Positions 28,101-35,925 of a stretch of DNA of 64,000 nucleotides are shown here, one piece after another. Position numbers and translations under genes: made by a program. Below the pieces are notes generated by a model. That model was not told the origin of the DNA. It saw only the letters and a list, made by a program, of their open reading frames with translations, and made no database searches. This DNA comes from Chlorobiota bacterium (GTDB lineage: Bacteria > Bacteroidota > Ignavibacteria > Kapaibacteriales > UBA2268). Location: positions 50,056-114,055 of the forward strand of contig JBKAGT010000006.1 in assembly GCA_046290495.1 (NCBI GenBank), read 5' to 3'. How positions within the stretch are numbered: position 1 is the stretch's first letter; each line of letters opens with the position of its first letter.

Positions 28101-29485
28101 TCGGATTTTTCCCTATGGCAATTAGTATGTCCGCTGGTGCAGAAGTACAAAGACCCTTAGCCACAGTTGTTATCGGTGGACTTTTTACATCTACTTTACT
28201 TACACTTTTCTTATTACCAATACTATACAGATGGCTGGAGACTTATAAGATGAAAAGAATTCCTAATGTTGCTACGGCTATAATAGCTATTTTCATTGTA
28301 CTGATTGGTTCTAATGATAAAGCATTATCACAAGATAAAATAGAGTTAGAGCAGTATGAGCAGATAACATTGCAAGAAGCAACTGAGATAGCTAAGAAAA
28401 ATTACCCTCTGATGAAAATAAGTGATTTGAAGGTAGAAAAGGCTAATAAGCAGAAGAAAAAAGCGATAAACTTTGGAACTACGCAGATATTCACTGGAGC
28501 AGAGGAGAGAGGAAATGGGCTCGATGGAGTAGAGAGTGTTATTGGGGTTAGTCAGAACAACATAGATTTATTCGGTTCTTTTGCTCGAGGAGATTATTAC
28601 TCAAAGAATAGTGAATTAGCTGAAGCAAGCAGAGCATTGACTGAACTAGAGCTTGAGAAGTTAGTAGCTAAAAGATGGGTAAATTTAAACTATGCTAAGA
28701 GCAGATACTATTTCTTCTATTCTCTTGATTCGTTGTTGAGTGGAGTAAATAAATATAATAATTCAAGGTATGAAGCAGAGGCAATATCTGGATTGGAGTA
28801 TTCTGTAACTAAATCAAATTATATAGAAATAAGGAATAAGCTATCCCAATCAAAGGCAGATGTGTTGAGTGCTACTCATTTATTTAATCAACTATTATCC
28901 GATGAACAAACCTACACTACAACAGGGGATAAATTTGAATTAGAGGAGATGACCTCTAATATTAGCTTGGAGCAGCATCCAATGTTGCAGTATCAGCAAA
29001 AACAAGTTGAACTTAGTGAGTCGAATTTAGATATAAATTACAGCAAGCTATACCCAAAGATAAATGGTCAATATAGAGTGCAAAATATACAAGGTCAGTC
29101 AGGATTCTATGCATATCAATTTGGGATTTCTGTACCACTAATATTCAATTCTGTATCTGGAGATATAGGAGCAGCTGAACAAGAAGTTATGATAAGAAAA
29201 GAAATGTATGAAATGCAACGATTGGAGCTGGAAGCCAATTACAAAGCTCAACTCGCTGAGTATGAGAAGTGGCGTGATTCCTATGTGTTCTACCGCTCAG
29301 AGGTTATACCATTGGCAAAAGAAATAAAAGACAAGTCATACTTACGCTACAAAAGTGGCGAGATTGACTATATGGACTTTGTTCAAAGTATAGAGAAAGT
29401 AGTAAAAATGGAAGAAGAGTATTTGAAATCGATGAGCAAATACTTTGAAGCTTATGTCAATATGAAATATTATAATAGCAAATAA
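25145..29485 (+). CDS. CusA/CzcA-family heavy-metal efflux RND permease fused in frame to a TolC-like outer membrane factor domain
   Basis: 1446 aa. Residues about 1-1035 are CzcA-like (12 TM helices, two large periplasmic loops, ending ..LLPILYRWLE). The frame continues with no stop into MKRIPNVATAIIAIFIVLIGSNDKALSQ (signal-peptide-like), then about 400 aa with OMF character (..ITLQEATEIAKKNYPLMK.. and coiled-coil-rich repeats). Confidence 0.85.
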   Translation: MINRIIDFSVENRVAIGALTVLLIVAGIWSMNKVPIDAVPDITNNQVQIITQAPNLATVDIEQFVTYPVELEMSNLPGVTEIRSVSRFGLSVVTVVFEDDMGTYLPRQLVQEKLEKVRDKIPEQFGSPDMGPISTGLGEIYQYSLEVDSSMKGKYSLADLRSFQDWIVNRQMAMVPGVVEVNSFGGKIKQYEIAIEPEKLKAMNLTISDVFDALKRNNENTGGAYIVKNHLANYIRGEGLIRNTKDIERIKVATKEGIPIMVGDIAIVQIGSAVRYGAFTRNGEGEAVGGMVMLLKGANSNEVITAVKERVEQIQSSLPKGIRIVPFLDRSELISDTTSTVATNLIEGGLIVIFVLVIFLGNWRGGLIVASTILLSLLFAFIMMYAFDVWANLMSLGAIDFGIIVDGAVIIVEGTVFGITQKLKKSGENIGKDDIKNIAKSSSKKMMNSAFFGQLIILIVFIPILTLEGIEGKMFKPMALTFGFAMLGAMLLCLTYVPMMSATFLKSTNKVSIGDKIVHFLERLYTKALSFVIRFSKSFIITLGALLGFTIYLFTNLGGEFIPQLDEGDIAFHIMLKPGSSIEESVKAATEVEKLIMTEFPEIEQAMSKFGVSEVPTDPMPMDIGDCIVKLKPKDEWSSASTKDELIAKMKKVLQTIPGLNYEFSQPIEMRFNELISGVRQDIAIKIFGEDLDLLAEKAEEVQSLLAGIQGIGDMSVEATSGLSQITVDYDRAKLAQYDIDISEANELLKTAFAGGKAGVIFEGEKRFDMVVRLNSDNRKSIEDIKYLYINTPEGTQLPLSEVANVQYVEGPMQIGRDNTNRRVYVGINVRDRDIETLMEEIKAKLSSELELPAGYYITYGGAFENLERAMSKLTVVIPLVLLLIFILIYFALKSFKYTSLIFLAIPFATIGGVLSLWLRGLPFSISAGVGFIVLFGVAVLNGLVLLNGLEELKEELPNADMDERIKKGTVRRVRPILLTALTDVLGFFPMAISMSAGAEVQRPLATVVIGGLFTSTLLTLFLLPILYRWLETYKMKRIPNVATAIIAIFIVLIGSNDKALSQDKIELEQYEQITLQEATEIAKKNYPLMKISDLKVEKANKQKKKAINFGTTQIFTGAEERGNGLDGVESVIGVSQNNIDLFGSFARGDYYSKNSELAEASRALTELELEKLVAKRWVNLNYAKSRYYFFYSLDSLLSGVNKYNNSRYEAEAISGLEYSVTKSNYIEIRNKLSQSKADVLSATHLFNQLLSDEQTYTTTGDKFELEEMTSNISLEQHPMLQYQQKQVELSESNLDINYSKLYPKINGQYRVQNIQGQSGFYAYQFGISVPLIFNSVSGDIGAAEQEVMIRKEMYEMQRLELEANYKAQLAEYEKWRDSYVFYRSEVIPLAKEIKDKSYLRYKSGEIDYMDFVQSIEKVVKMEEEYLKSMSKYFEAYVNMKYYNSK

Positions 29486-30729
29486 TGAGAATAGAAATGA
29501 AATTAATAATAACAATACTAATATCGATATTTATGATTGCCTGTGGTAATGATGCAGGTCATAATCATGAAGAAGAGCATGGACATGATGAACATAATGC
29601 TCATGAAAGTGAAAGTGGTCATGATGACCATGGTGAGCATGAAGACCACGATGAGCATGGTGAAGAAGGAGTGGTAGAAATAAATACAGATGTATATAAA
29701 ACTATGGGAATAGTTTTGGATAGCTTAGCTACCAGGAATATGAGTGAAGCTGTCTATGCAACTGGTCACTTGAAAGTACCACCAAACAACGAAGCTACAG
29801 TAACGGCTATGGTAGGTGCTAATATCAAGTCAATTAGAGTGATAGAAGGCGATAAGGTTCGCAAAGGCCAAACATTACTTACTATGGAGCATCCTAACTT
29901 AATTGAAATGCAAACTGAATATGTAGAATTGTCAAGCCAATTAGAATATCTAAAAAATGAATACGAAAGAGAGGAGAAGCTCTATAATTCTGATGCTAGT
30001 TCTGGAAAATCATTTCAGAAAGCTAAATCGGAATATCTTACAACAAAGGCAAGATACTACGGACAATTGAAAAAGTTGAGAATGCTAAATATAGATACCG
30101 ATAAGGTATTGGATGGTGAGTTTTCCGATGTTATTTCTATCCGAAGTCCTATCGGTGGGTTCGTTAATAAAATATTAGCTAAGACTGGACAGTATATAAA
30201 TCCCAATGATGAGATAATACATATAGTAGATAACCATCATGTGCATGTTCATTTTATGGTGTTTGAAAAAGATGCTATAAAGATAAAGAAAGGGCAACAA
30301 GTAAGATTCACTACAGATTATGTGGAGGGCAAAGAGTTTGAGGCAGAAGTATATTCTGTGGGAAAAAGCTTTGAAGAAGATCCAAAAGCAGTGCATATTC
30401 ATGCAGAAATGTCAGACAATAAGTATGATTTGATTCCAGGTCTTTATGTAAAAGGTCAAATCTTAATTGATGAGCATAATGTAAAGGCACTACCAGAATC
30501 AGCTATAGTGAGTGACAAGGGTAAAGACTATATCTTTGTTTACTCAGGTAGTGATGAGGAGCATACTAAGTTTGAGTTGGTAGAAATTAAGACTGGGTTG
30601 AGAAAGGATGACTGGGTAGAAGTTAAGGCAATTCTGAGCGATGAAGACATAGATAAAATAGTATATAACAAAGCATACACTTTACAATCCGAAAAAGATA
30701 AAGGAGCTGGTGGTCACCATCACCACTAA
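29485..30729 (+). CDS. RND efflux periplasmic adaptor (CzcB/CusB-like) with His-rich metal-binding termini
   Basis: TAATG overlap with the upstream gene. Lipobox MIAC. N-terminal HNHEEEHGHDEHNAHESESGHDDHGEHEDHDEHGEEG, C-terminal GAGGHHHH. Beta-barrel and lipoyl-like adaptor core. Confidence 0.85.
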   Translation: MRIEMKLIITILISIFMIACGNDAGHNHEEEHGHDEHNAHESESGHDDHGEHEDHDEHGEEGVVEINTDVYKTMGIVLDSLATRNMSEAVYATGHLKVPPNNEATVTAMVGANIKSIRVIEGDKVRKGQTLLTMEHPNLIEMQTEYVELSSQLEYLKNEYEREEKLYNSDASSGKSFQKAKSEYLTTKARYYGQLKKLRMLNIDTDKVLDGEFSDVISIRSPIGGFVNKILAKTGQYINPNDEIIHIVDNHHVHVHFMVFEKDAIKIKKGQQVRFTTDYVEGKEFEAEVYSVGKSFEEDPKAVHIHAEMSDNKYDLIPGLYVKGQILIDEHNVKALPESAIVSDKGKDYIFVYSGSDEEHTKFELVEIKTGLRKDDWVEVKAILSDEDIDKIVYNKAYTLQSEKDKGAGGHHHH

Positions 30730-30741
30730 TTAAAAAATAGA

Positions 30742-30773
30742 ACACCCCACCTGACATAGTCAAAGTGGGGTGT
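30742..30773. terminator. bidirectional terminator between the convergent czcB and histidine kinase genes
   Basis: ACACCCCAC...GTGGGGTGT 9-bp perfect stem with an inner TGAC/GTCA extension, T-rich on both sides. Confidence 0.6.
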
Positions 30774-30797
30774 CCTTTATGTTATTTATCTCAGTTT

Positions 30798-32321
30798 TTA
30801 TTCTGTGTTTTCTTCAGCTTCAGTAGTTACTAACTTTGATTGTACTTTGTTGTTAACTGGTATAGAGAATGCGAATGTAGAACCTTCATTCTTTTTGCTC
30901 TTTACCCAGACATACCCGTCATGAGCTTCTACCATTTTCTTTACAATCCAAAGTCCCAAACCAGTTGCAGACTCACCGCCAGTTGGCTTGCTACTCAGAG
31001 TTGCACCTTTTTGGAATGTACGCTTAATATCCTCTTCTGAAAGGCCTTGACCCGTATCGCTAACACTGAATATCACATGTTTTTTATCTTTATCATAGTC
31101 AGTTTCTACTAACACTGAACCACCCTTTTCAGTGTATTTGATAGCATTTGAAATTAGGTTATCCATTACTTCATCTATTCTCAGGACATCTAAGTTTATT
31201 TCTGGCAAATCTTCGCCTAGTACTGATTCGTAAGTAAGTTTCTTGTTTCTAGCATTGAAAGTATTTCTCATGAATACGTCTTGTGCTATATCATTCATAT
31301 CTACTAAGTCATATTCCAAATTGAGCCCAGTGCCTTCTAGAGCCATAATTTTACTTATTTCAGAAGAAAGCTTCAGTATTCTGCTAGAGCTTTCTGCAAT
31401 ATCTTTCATTATATCATCGAAGTCATTGGCAGTACTGTCATAGTTGGTTAGTAGGTCAACTAACCCTTTAATTACTGATGCTGGATTTTTAATGTCATGT
31501 ACTATAACTGAGAATAACTCTTCTTTTTGTTTTTGAAGGTCTTCTAGTTCTTTCTTTGATTTATCAGTTTTATTCACTGTTTCTTGTAGTTCTTTGTTCT
31601 GAACCATTAGCTTTCTACTTTGCGATTGCATTTTATCTATCTGCAGTCTCAGAGCTTTTATTTCTTTTCGCAGGTCAGCATTTTCCTGCTCTATTGTTTT
31701 TTCTTCAGCACTCATGTTGCCCTCTGTTTGCTTACTTTTTAATTTATTTTTATTTCTTGGTCTGTTTTTTAAATAGATTAAAACGAAAATTGCGATAAGT
31801 GATATCAACACTATTAAAGCAATGTCAGCTAAATAAGAGACAAAGCCATTTTCATTTTCTAATTCATCTAACTTCTTCTGTAAATCTTGATTTAAAGATT
31901 CTTGATTTTCTATTTTAGTTATTAGTTTAGCTAACTCATTATCTACTATGAAACTAATCTCATCATCTTTTGCTACCCATGTGCCATCTTCACTTAGTGC
32001 ACTTATTTTAAATGTGTACTCTGCTTCCGGTAGATTAGCGTATCTAACTACTAAATTATCTACTAAATTGACAGAAGTATCTTGATTCATTATCAACATA
32101 GTTCTGTATCTGACAGTCTTTGTTTCTACTTTTGGTGATACAGTATATTCGAACACAATAGAATCTGAATCAGATATTACTATCTTATCCTTGAAAGTAA
32201 TCTGTGCAGGTTCGCCATTTACTTGCGCGTAATCAATTGTAGCTTTATAATCTTGAGCAAGCAATGCATTGCTACCAAAAATCAAAAACAATACGATGAA
32301 TAAATTAATTATTCTATTCAT
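30798..32321 (-). CDS. sensor histidine kinase (periplasmic Y_Y_Y-like domain, single TM, HisKA+HATPase_c); no response regulator nearby
   Basis: H-box FSVIVHDIKNPASVI; N, G1 and G2 boxes (NLISNAIKYTEKGG; DTGQGLSEED; GLGLWIVKKM). Start taken at the internal ATG (MNRIINLFIVLF.. signal peptide). The ORF-track start 32381 would overlap the upstream gene by 68 nt. Confidence 0.8.
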   Translation of the reverse strand: MNRIINLFIVLFLIFGSNALLAQDYKATIDYAQVNGEPAQITFKDKIVISDSDSIVFEYTVSPKVETKTVRYRTMLIMNQDTSVNLVDNLVVRYANLPEAEYTFKISALSEDGTWVAKDDEISFIVDNELAKLITKIENQESLNQDLQKKLDELENENGFVSYLADIALIVLISLIAIFVLIYLKNRPRNKNKLKSKQTEGNMSAEEKTIEQENADLRKEIKALRLQIDKMQSQSRKLMVQNKELQETVNKTDKSKKELEDLQKQKEELFSVIVHDIKNPASVIKGLVDLLTNYDSTANDFDDIMKDIAESSSRILKLSSEISKIMALEGTGLNLEYDLVDMNDIAQDVFMRNTFNARNKKLTYESVLGEDLPEINLDVLRIDEVMDNLISNAIKYTEKGGSVLVETDYDKDKKHVIFSVSDTGQGLSEEDIKRTFQKGATLSSKPTGGESATGLGLWIVKKMVEAHDGYVWVKSKKNEGSTFAFSIPVNNKVQSKLVTTEAEENTE

Positions 32322-33033
32322 ATTTGTAGGCATTTTTAGCATTGACTGTTGCTCTATTTCTTTTTTTAAATGAGTTTTCATTTATCTTCTTTTCTAATAT
32401 TCTCTTTACATCGAAAAAAGTTTTAAAATTATAATGTGGTAAACTATTCTCGTTGCAATGTGTAGCTAAGTACTTCTTAGCAAAAATTATATCGCAATGT
32501 TCGGCGGCACAAAAATCAGAATATCCATCTCCAATATATATTTTGAGAGAACTCTCTGTACTTGTGTTTAGAACAAAATTTCTTTTGCAATTGGCCGAAT
32601 AGCAATTGCATGATTCTGATGCAAAAGTATATTCGGGCTGCAAATGACTTTCTTTTTCAATTAACTTATTACTGACAACAGGTAGATCCAGTCCATTTTG
32701 TTCTAGAATCTGATTAATGTAAAAGTCGAAACCGTCACTTACTACATATAAATCCAATTTGTTGTCTTTGCAGTACTCAACAAAGCTTACAAAATACGGG
32801 TCAATATCAAATGCTTTTGCCTGTTCTCGTAAGTCACTTAGAGTAGTGCTATTAGGTAAACTCTTACAAAGTTTGTGCCAATATTTATATATGCTTAGTT
32901 TGCCTTCACGAAACTCTTGGTTTAGCTCTTCAAAGTGTCCTACTCTTTCGAACAACTTGTTCCCAACATCTTTGAGAGTTATTGTGCCATCGAAATCACA
33001 AAATACCTTAACATCTGTATATTTAATAGACAT
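32314..33033 (-). CDS. HAD-family phosphatase, MtnX-like (2-hydroxy-3-keto-5-methylthiopentenyl-1-phosphate phosphatase family)
   Basis: 239 aa. FCDFDGTIT, DGFDFYINQILE, Cys cluster SCNCYSANCKRN, IYIGDGYSDFCAAEHCDIIFAKKYL. These align along the full length with B. subtilis MtnX as recalled from memory. Confidence 0.65.
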   Translation of the reverse strand: MSIKYTDVKVFCDFDGTITLKDVGNKLFERVGHFEELNQEFREGKLSIYKYWHKLCKSLPNSTTLSDLREQAKAFDIDPYFVSFVEYCKDNKLDLYVVSDGFDFYINQILEQNGLDLPVVSNKLIEKESHLQPEYTFASESCNCYSANCKRNFVLNTSTESSLKIYIGDGYSDFCAAEHCDIIFAKKYLATHCNENSLPHYNFKTFFDVKRILEKKINENSFKKRNRATVNAKNAYKYE

Positions 33034-33069
33034 TTTTTGTTATATTTTCATTTTAATTTTCGGTAAATT

Positions 33070-33909
33070 ATGAAAGAGTTAGGAAAAAGAGTACTTACTG
33101 CTGCAATTGGTATCCCTGTCGCTTTATTTTTATTTATTTATGGAGGGCACCCATTTGCTGTTGCTTTGCTTATAATAGCTGGTTATGGAATGCATGAGTT
33201 CTATAATATGGCGAAAACAAAGGGGTTCAATCCAATTGCAAATATCTCAATAGTACTTACTATGATTCTAGGGGGCTATTTTTATTTAGCTTTTACTGGC
33301 TCTGTTTCTCTTCCTCATGAATCTATGTTCATGCTTTTACCAACTCTAATCGGCACAGTACTATTACTAGCGGGATTATTTAAAGATAAATTTTCAGCTA
33401 TTCCTGATATTTCAATTAGCATAGGTGGGATGTTATATATAGCTTTGCCACTTTTTTCGCTTATTGCAATCCGAGAGTTCAACGAAATGATTGATACATC
33501 TATGGAAATGGGATATTTTGTGCTTTCTATGTTTGTAGCAATATGGGTCTGTGATAGTGCGGCTTATTTTATAGGTAAGGCTATAGGTAAGAATAAACTA
33601 TTTCCTAAGCATAGTCCTAAAAAAACTTGGGAAGGTGCAATAGCTGGTTTTATCTTCGGTGCTGTCGCTTTTGTTGGATTTAACCTATGGTTGAATCCAA
33701 GTTCGAGTCTACTTACTAGTGCGGTTATAGGCTCGGTTATCAGTATATTTTGTCAAGTTGGTGATTTGATTGAATCTCATTTCAAACGTGACGCTGGAGT
33801 GAAGGATAGTTCTAATTTCTTTCCTGGTCATGGAGGTTTTTTGGATAGGTTTGATGGAGTTATTTATGTTTCACCGATAGTGCTTGCAATACTAATTATT
33901 ATGGCTTAA
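33070..33909 (+). CDS. cdsA: phosphatidate cytidylyltransferase (CDP-diglyceride synthase)
   Basis: 279 aa polytopic protein. C-terminal signature FKRDAGVKDSSNFFPGHGGFLDRFDG. Confidence 0.9.
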   Translation: MKELGKRVLTAAIGIPVALFLFIYGGHPFAVALLIIAGYGMHEFYNMAKTKGFNPIANISIVLTMILGGYFYLAFTGSVSLPHESMFMLLPTLIGTVLLLAGLFKDKFSAIPDISISIGGMLYIALPLFSLIAIREFNEMIDTSMEMGYFVLSMFVAIWVCDSAAYFIGKAIGKNKLFPKHSPKKTWEGAIAGFIFGAVAFVGFNLWLNPSSSLLTSAVIGSVISIFCQVGDLIESHFKRDAGVKDSSNFFPGHGGFLDRFDGVIYVSPIVLAILIIMA

Positions 33910-33993
33910 TTCTTAGAGTTACAAGAATTAGTATTATATATCGTTTCAGTATAGACACACAAGAATAGAAAATCAGAATTTAAATTATAGAAT

Positions 33994-34233
33994 ATGAGTA
34001 AGATATTATTTTTCCTGGCGTTGCTTTTAGCTTTAGTTTTCTTCTTCTTTAAGGGGGCAACAAATTTTATATTAGCGCTAACAGGACTAAAAAAGACAAA
34101 GAATAAGCAAGCTAAAGAGCCCACAACCCAATCATACCAAAGAAATTCTAATGATGAAGTGATATTCGAAAAGGAAGGAACTAAAGTTTTCAAAGGGGAT
34201 GCTGGGAAGAAAAAATCACAGGAAAACCAATGA
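33994..34233 (+). CDS. small membrane protein, hypothetical
   Basis: 79 aa. N-terminal TM (ILFFLALLLALVFFFF) and Lys-rich tail. Stop overlaps the ppx start (ATGA). Confidence 0.45.
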   Translation: MSKILFFLALLLALVFFFFKGATNFILALTGLKKTKNKQAKEPTTQSYQRNSNDEVIFEKEGTKVFKGDAGKKKSQENQ

Positions 34234-35768
34234 GCTCACCCATAATATCTGCTATAGATGTAGGCACCAATTCATTCCACATGGTCACTGCTTCAGTTGA
34301 TGACAATGGAATGCTGAATATAATATCACGAGACAAAGAAATAGTAAGATTGGGCTCTAGCAGTGGTGATATGAGGTTTTTGCAGCGCGATGCTGTCAAA
34401 AGAGCAGTCAATTCTCTGAAAGCATTCTCAAAACTTGCTGCCCACGAAGGGGCATTGGTTCGAGCAGTTGCTACTTCAGCTGTGAGAGAGGCGAAGAACA
34501 GCGATGAGCTAATAGATAGGGTCAAGAGAGAAACTGGCATCGAAATAGAAGTTGTATCTGGAGTAGAAGAAGCTAGGCTGATCTCTGTTGGAGTGAACCA
34601 CGCACTACCTATACTAAATGATAAGAGCTTAATAATAGATATTGGAGGTGGTAGCACAGAGACTATTATCACTCACAACAATGAGACACCACACTTACAA
34701 AGTAATAAATTAGGTGCTATTAGACTTACAAAGAAGTATTTTGATGGTGTTAACTCCACACCTGAGTTAATAGAGAAATGTAAGAACTTTATCCGAGGGG
34801 AATGGGCACAAACATTAGATAAAATAGAATCAATTGGCTTTACTAAGTGTGTCGGTACCTCAGGAACTATGACTACACTAATTGGTATGGCCTACCTTAG
34901 ACGAAACAAGGAGTTACCCAATATACTAAATGGTATAAGTGTAAGTTCAAAAGATGTATTAAAAGTAATAAATAAAATAAAGAAAGCTTCCTCACCTAAG
35001 AAGATTGCAAAAATCAAGGGTATGGATATTTCTAGAGCTGATATAATAACTGCAGGTGCTTTAATAGTTGAGGTTGCAATAGAGGAACTGGGAATAGAAG
35101 AATTTGTAGTTTCAACCTATGCTCTTCGAGAAGGTGTTCTATTTGATACTATTGCCAAGTCAGAAAGTCTATCACAAAAGAACAAACTATCCAACCTTAG
35201 ATTTAAAACTGTAATAGCATTGTCAGAAAAATATGGTGCAGATATAAAACACTCTGAGCATATCTCGAAACTTAGCACCAAACTATTCGATGAGCTACAA
35301 CCACTACACAATGGCTCGCATTATGAAAGAGAAATATTAGAAGCAGCTAGCTATTTACATGATGTTGGTTTTCATATATCACACGACAAACATCATAAGC
35401 ATAGTTTCTATCTAATAAAAAATAGTGTTATGACTGGTTTCACTAATACTGAAGCCGAGCTAATAGCAAATGTAGCCAGATACCATAGAAAAAGTCACCC
35501 AAAGAAGACACACAAAAGCTATAGTATGCTTAGTAGCGACAAACAAAAAACAGTTTGGTTGCTAGGAGGAATACTGAGAATAGCAGAGGGGTTAGACCGA
35601 AGACAAATCCAAAATGTAGATGATATCGACATCACCTACAATGAAGAACAAATTAAAATTACGTTATTAAGTAACGACAATGAATCACCCGATATTGAAA
35701 AATGGGGTGCAGACCGAAGAAAAAACATGCTAGAAGAGGCATTAGCCAAAGAAATCATAATAAATTAA
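34230..35768 (+). CDS. Ppx/GppA-family exopolyphosphatase / guanosine pentaphosphate phosphohydrolase with C-terminal HD domain
   Basis: 512 aa. N-terminus AIDVGTNSFHMV (ASKHA-fold phosphatase) and C-terminal HD-domain His cluster (HDVGFHISHDKHHKHSFYLI). Confidence 0.85.
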   Translation: MSSPIISAIDVGTNSFHMVTASVDDNGMLNIISRDKEIVRLGSSSGDMRFLQRDAVKRAVNSLKAFSKLAAHEGALVRAVATSAVREAKNSDELIDRVKRETGIEIEVVSGVEEARLISVGVNHALPILNDKSLIIDIGGGSTETIITHNNETPHLQSNKLGAIRLTKKYFDGVNSTPELIEKCKNFIRGEWAQTLDKIESIGFTKCVGTSGTMTTLIGMAYLRRNKELPNILNGISVSSKDVLKVINKIKKASSPKKIAKIKGMDISRADIITAGALIVEVAIEELGIEEFVVSTYALREGVLFDTIAKSESLSQKNKLSNLRFKTVIALSEKYGADIKHSEHISKLSTKLFDELQPLHNGSHYEREILEAASYLHDVGFHISHDKHHKHSFYLIKNSVMTGFTNTEAELIANVARYHRKSHPKKTHKSYSMLSSDKQKTVWLLGGILRIAEGLDRRQIQNVDDIDITYNEEQIKITLLSNDNESPDIEKWGADRRKNMLEEALAKEIIIN

Positions 35769-35925
35769 AAAAAATATTTACTTTTTTGTTACAAAACCTC
35801 AATTGCTTTGTTGTTATTTAATACAAAGTATATCGAAATTTATGTTGTTATAATTATTTTTTGTAAATTTAGCAACTTAGACAGAATATAAAATTATATA
35901 AGTTATTAATTAATAGAGGCGTATT

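Noticed and set aside
9829-29485. Possibility that the two read-through fusion ORFs (tatD-OMP, czcA-OMF) reflect stop-codon reassignment
   Set aside because: The junctions contain no stop codon of any kind. Reassignment of TGA or TAG would create spurious stops in a standard-code ORF track, not remove them. Every other gene terminates normally with TAA, TAG or TGA.
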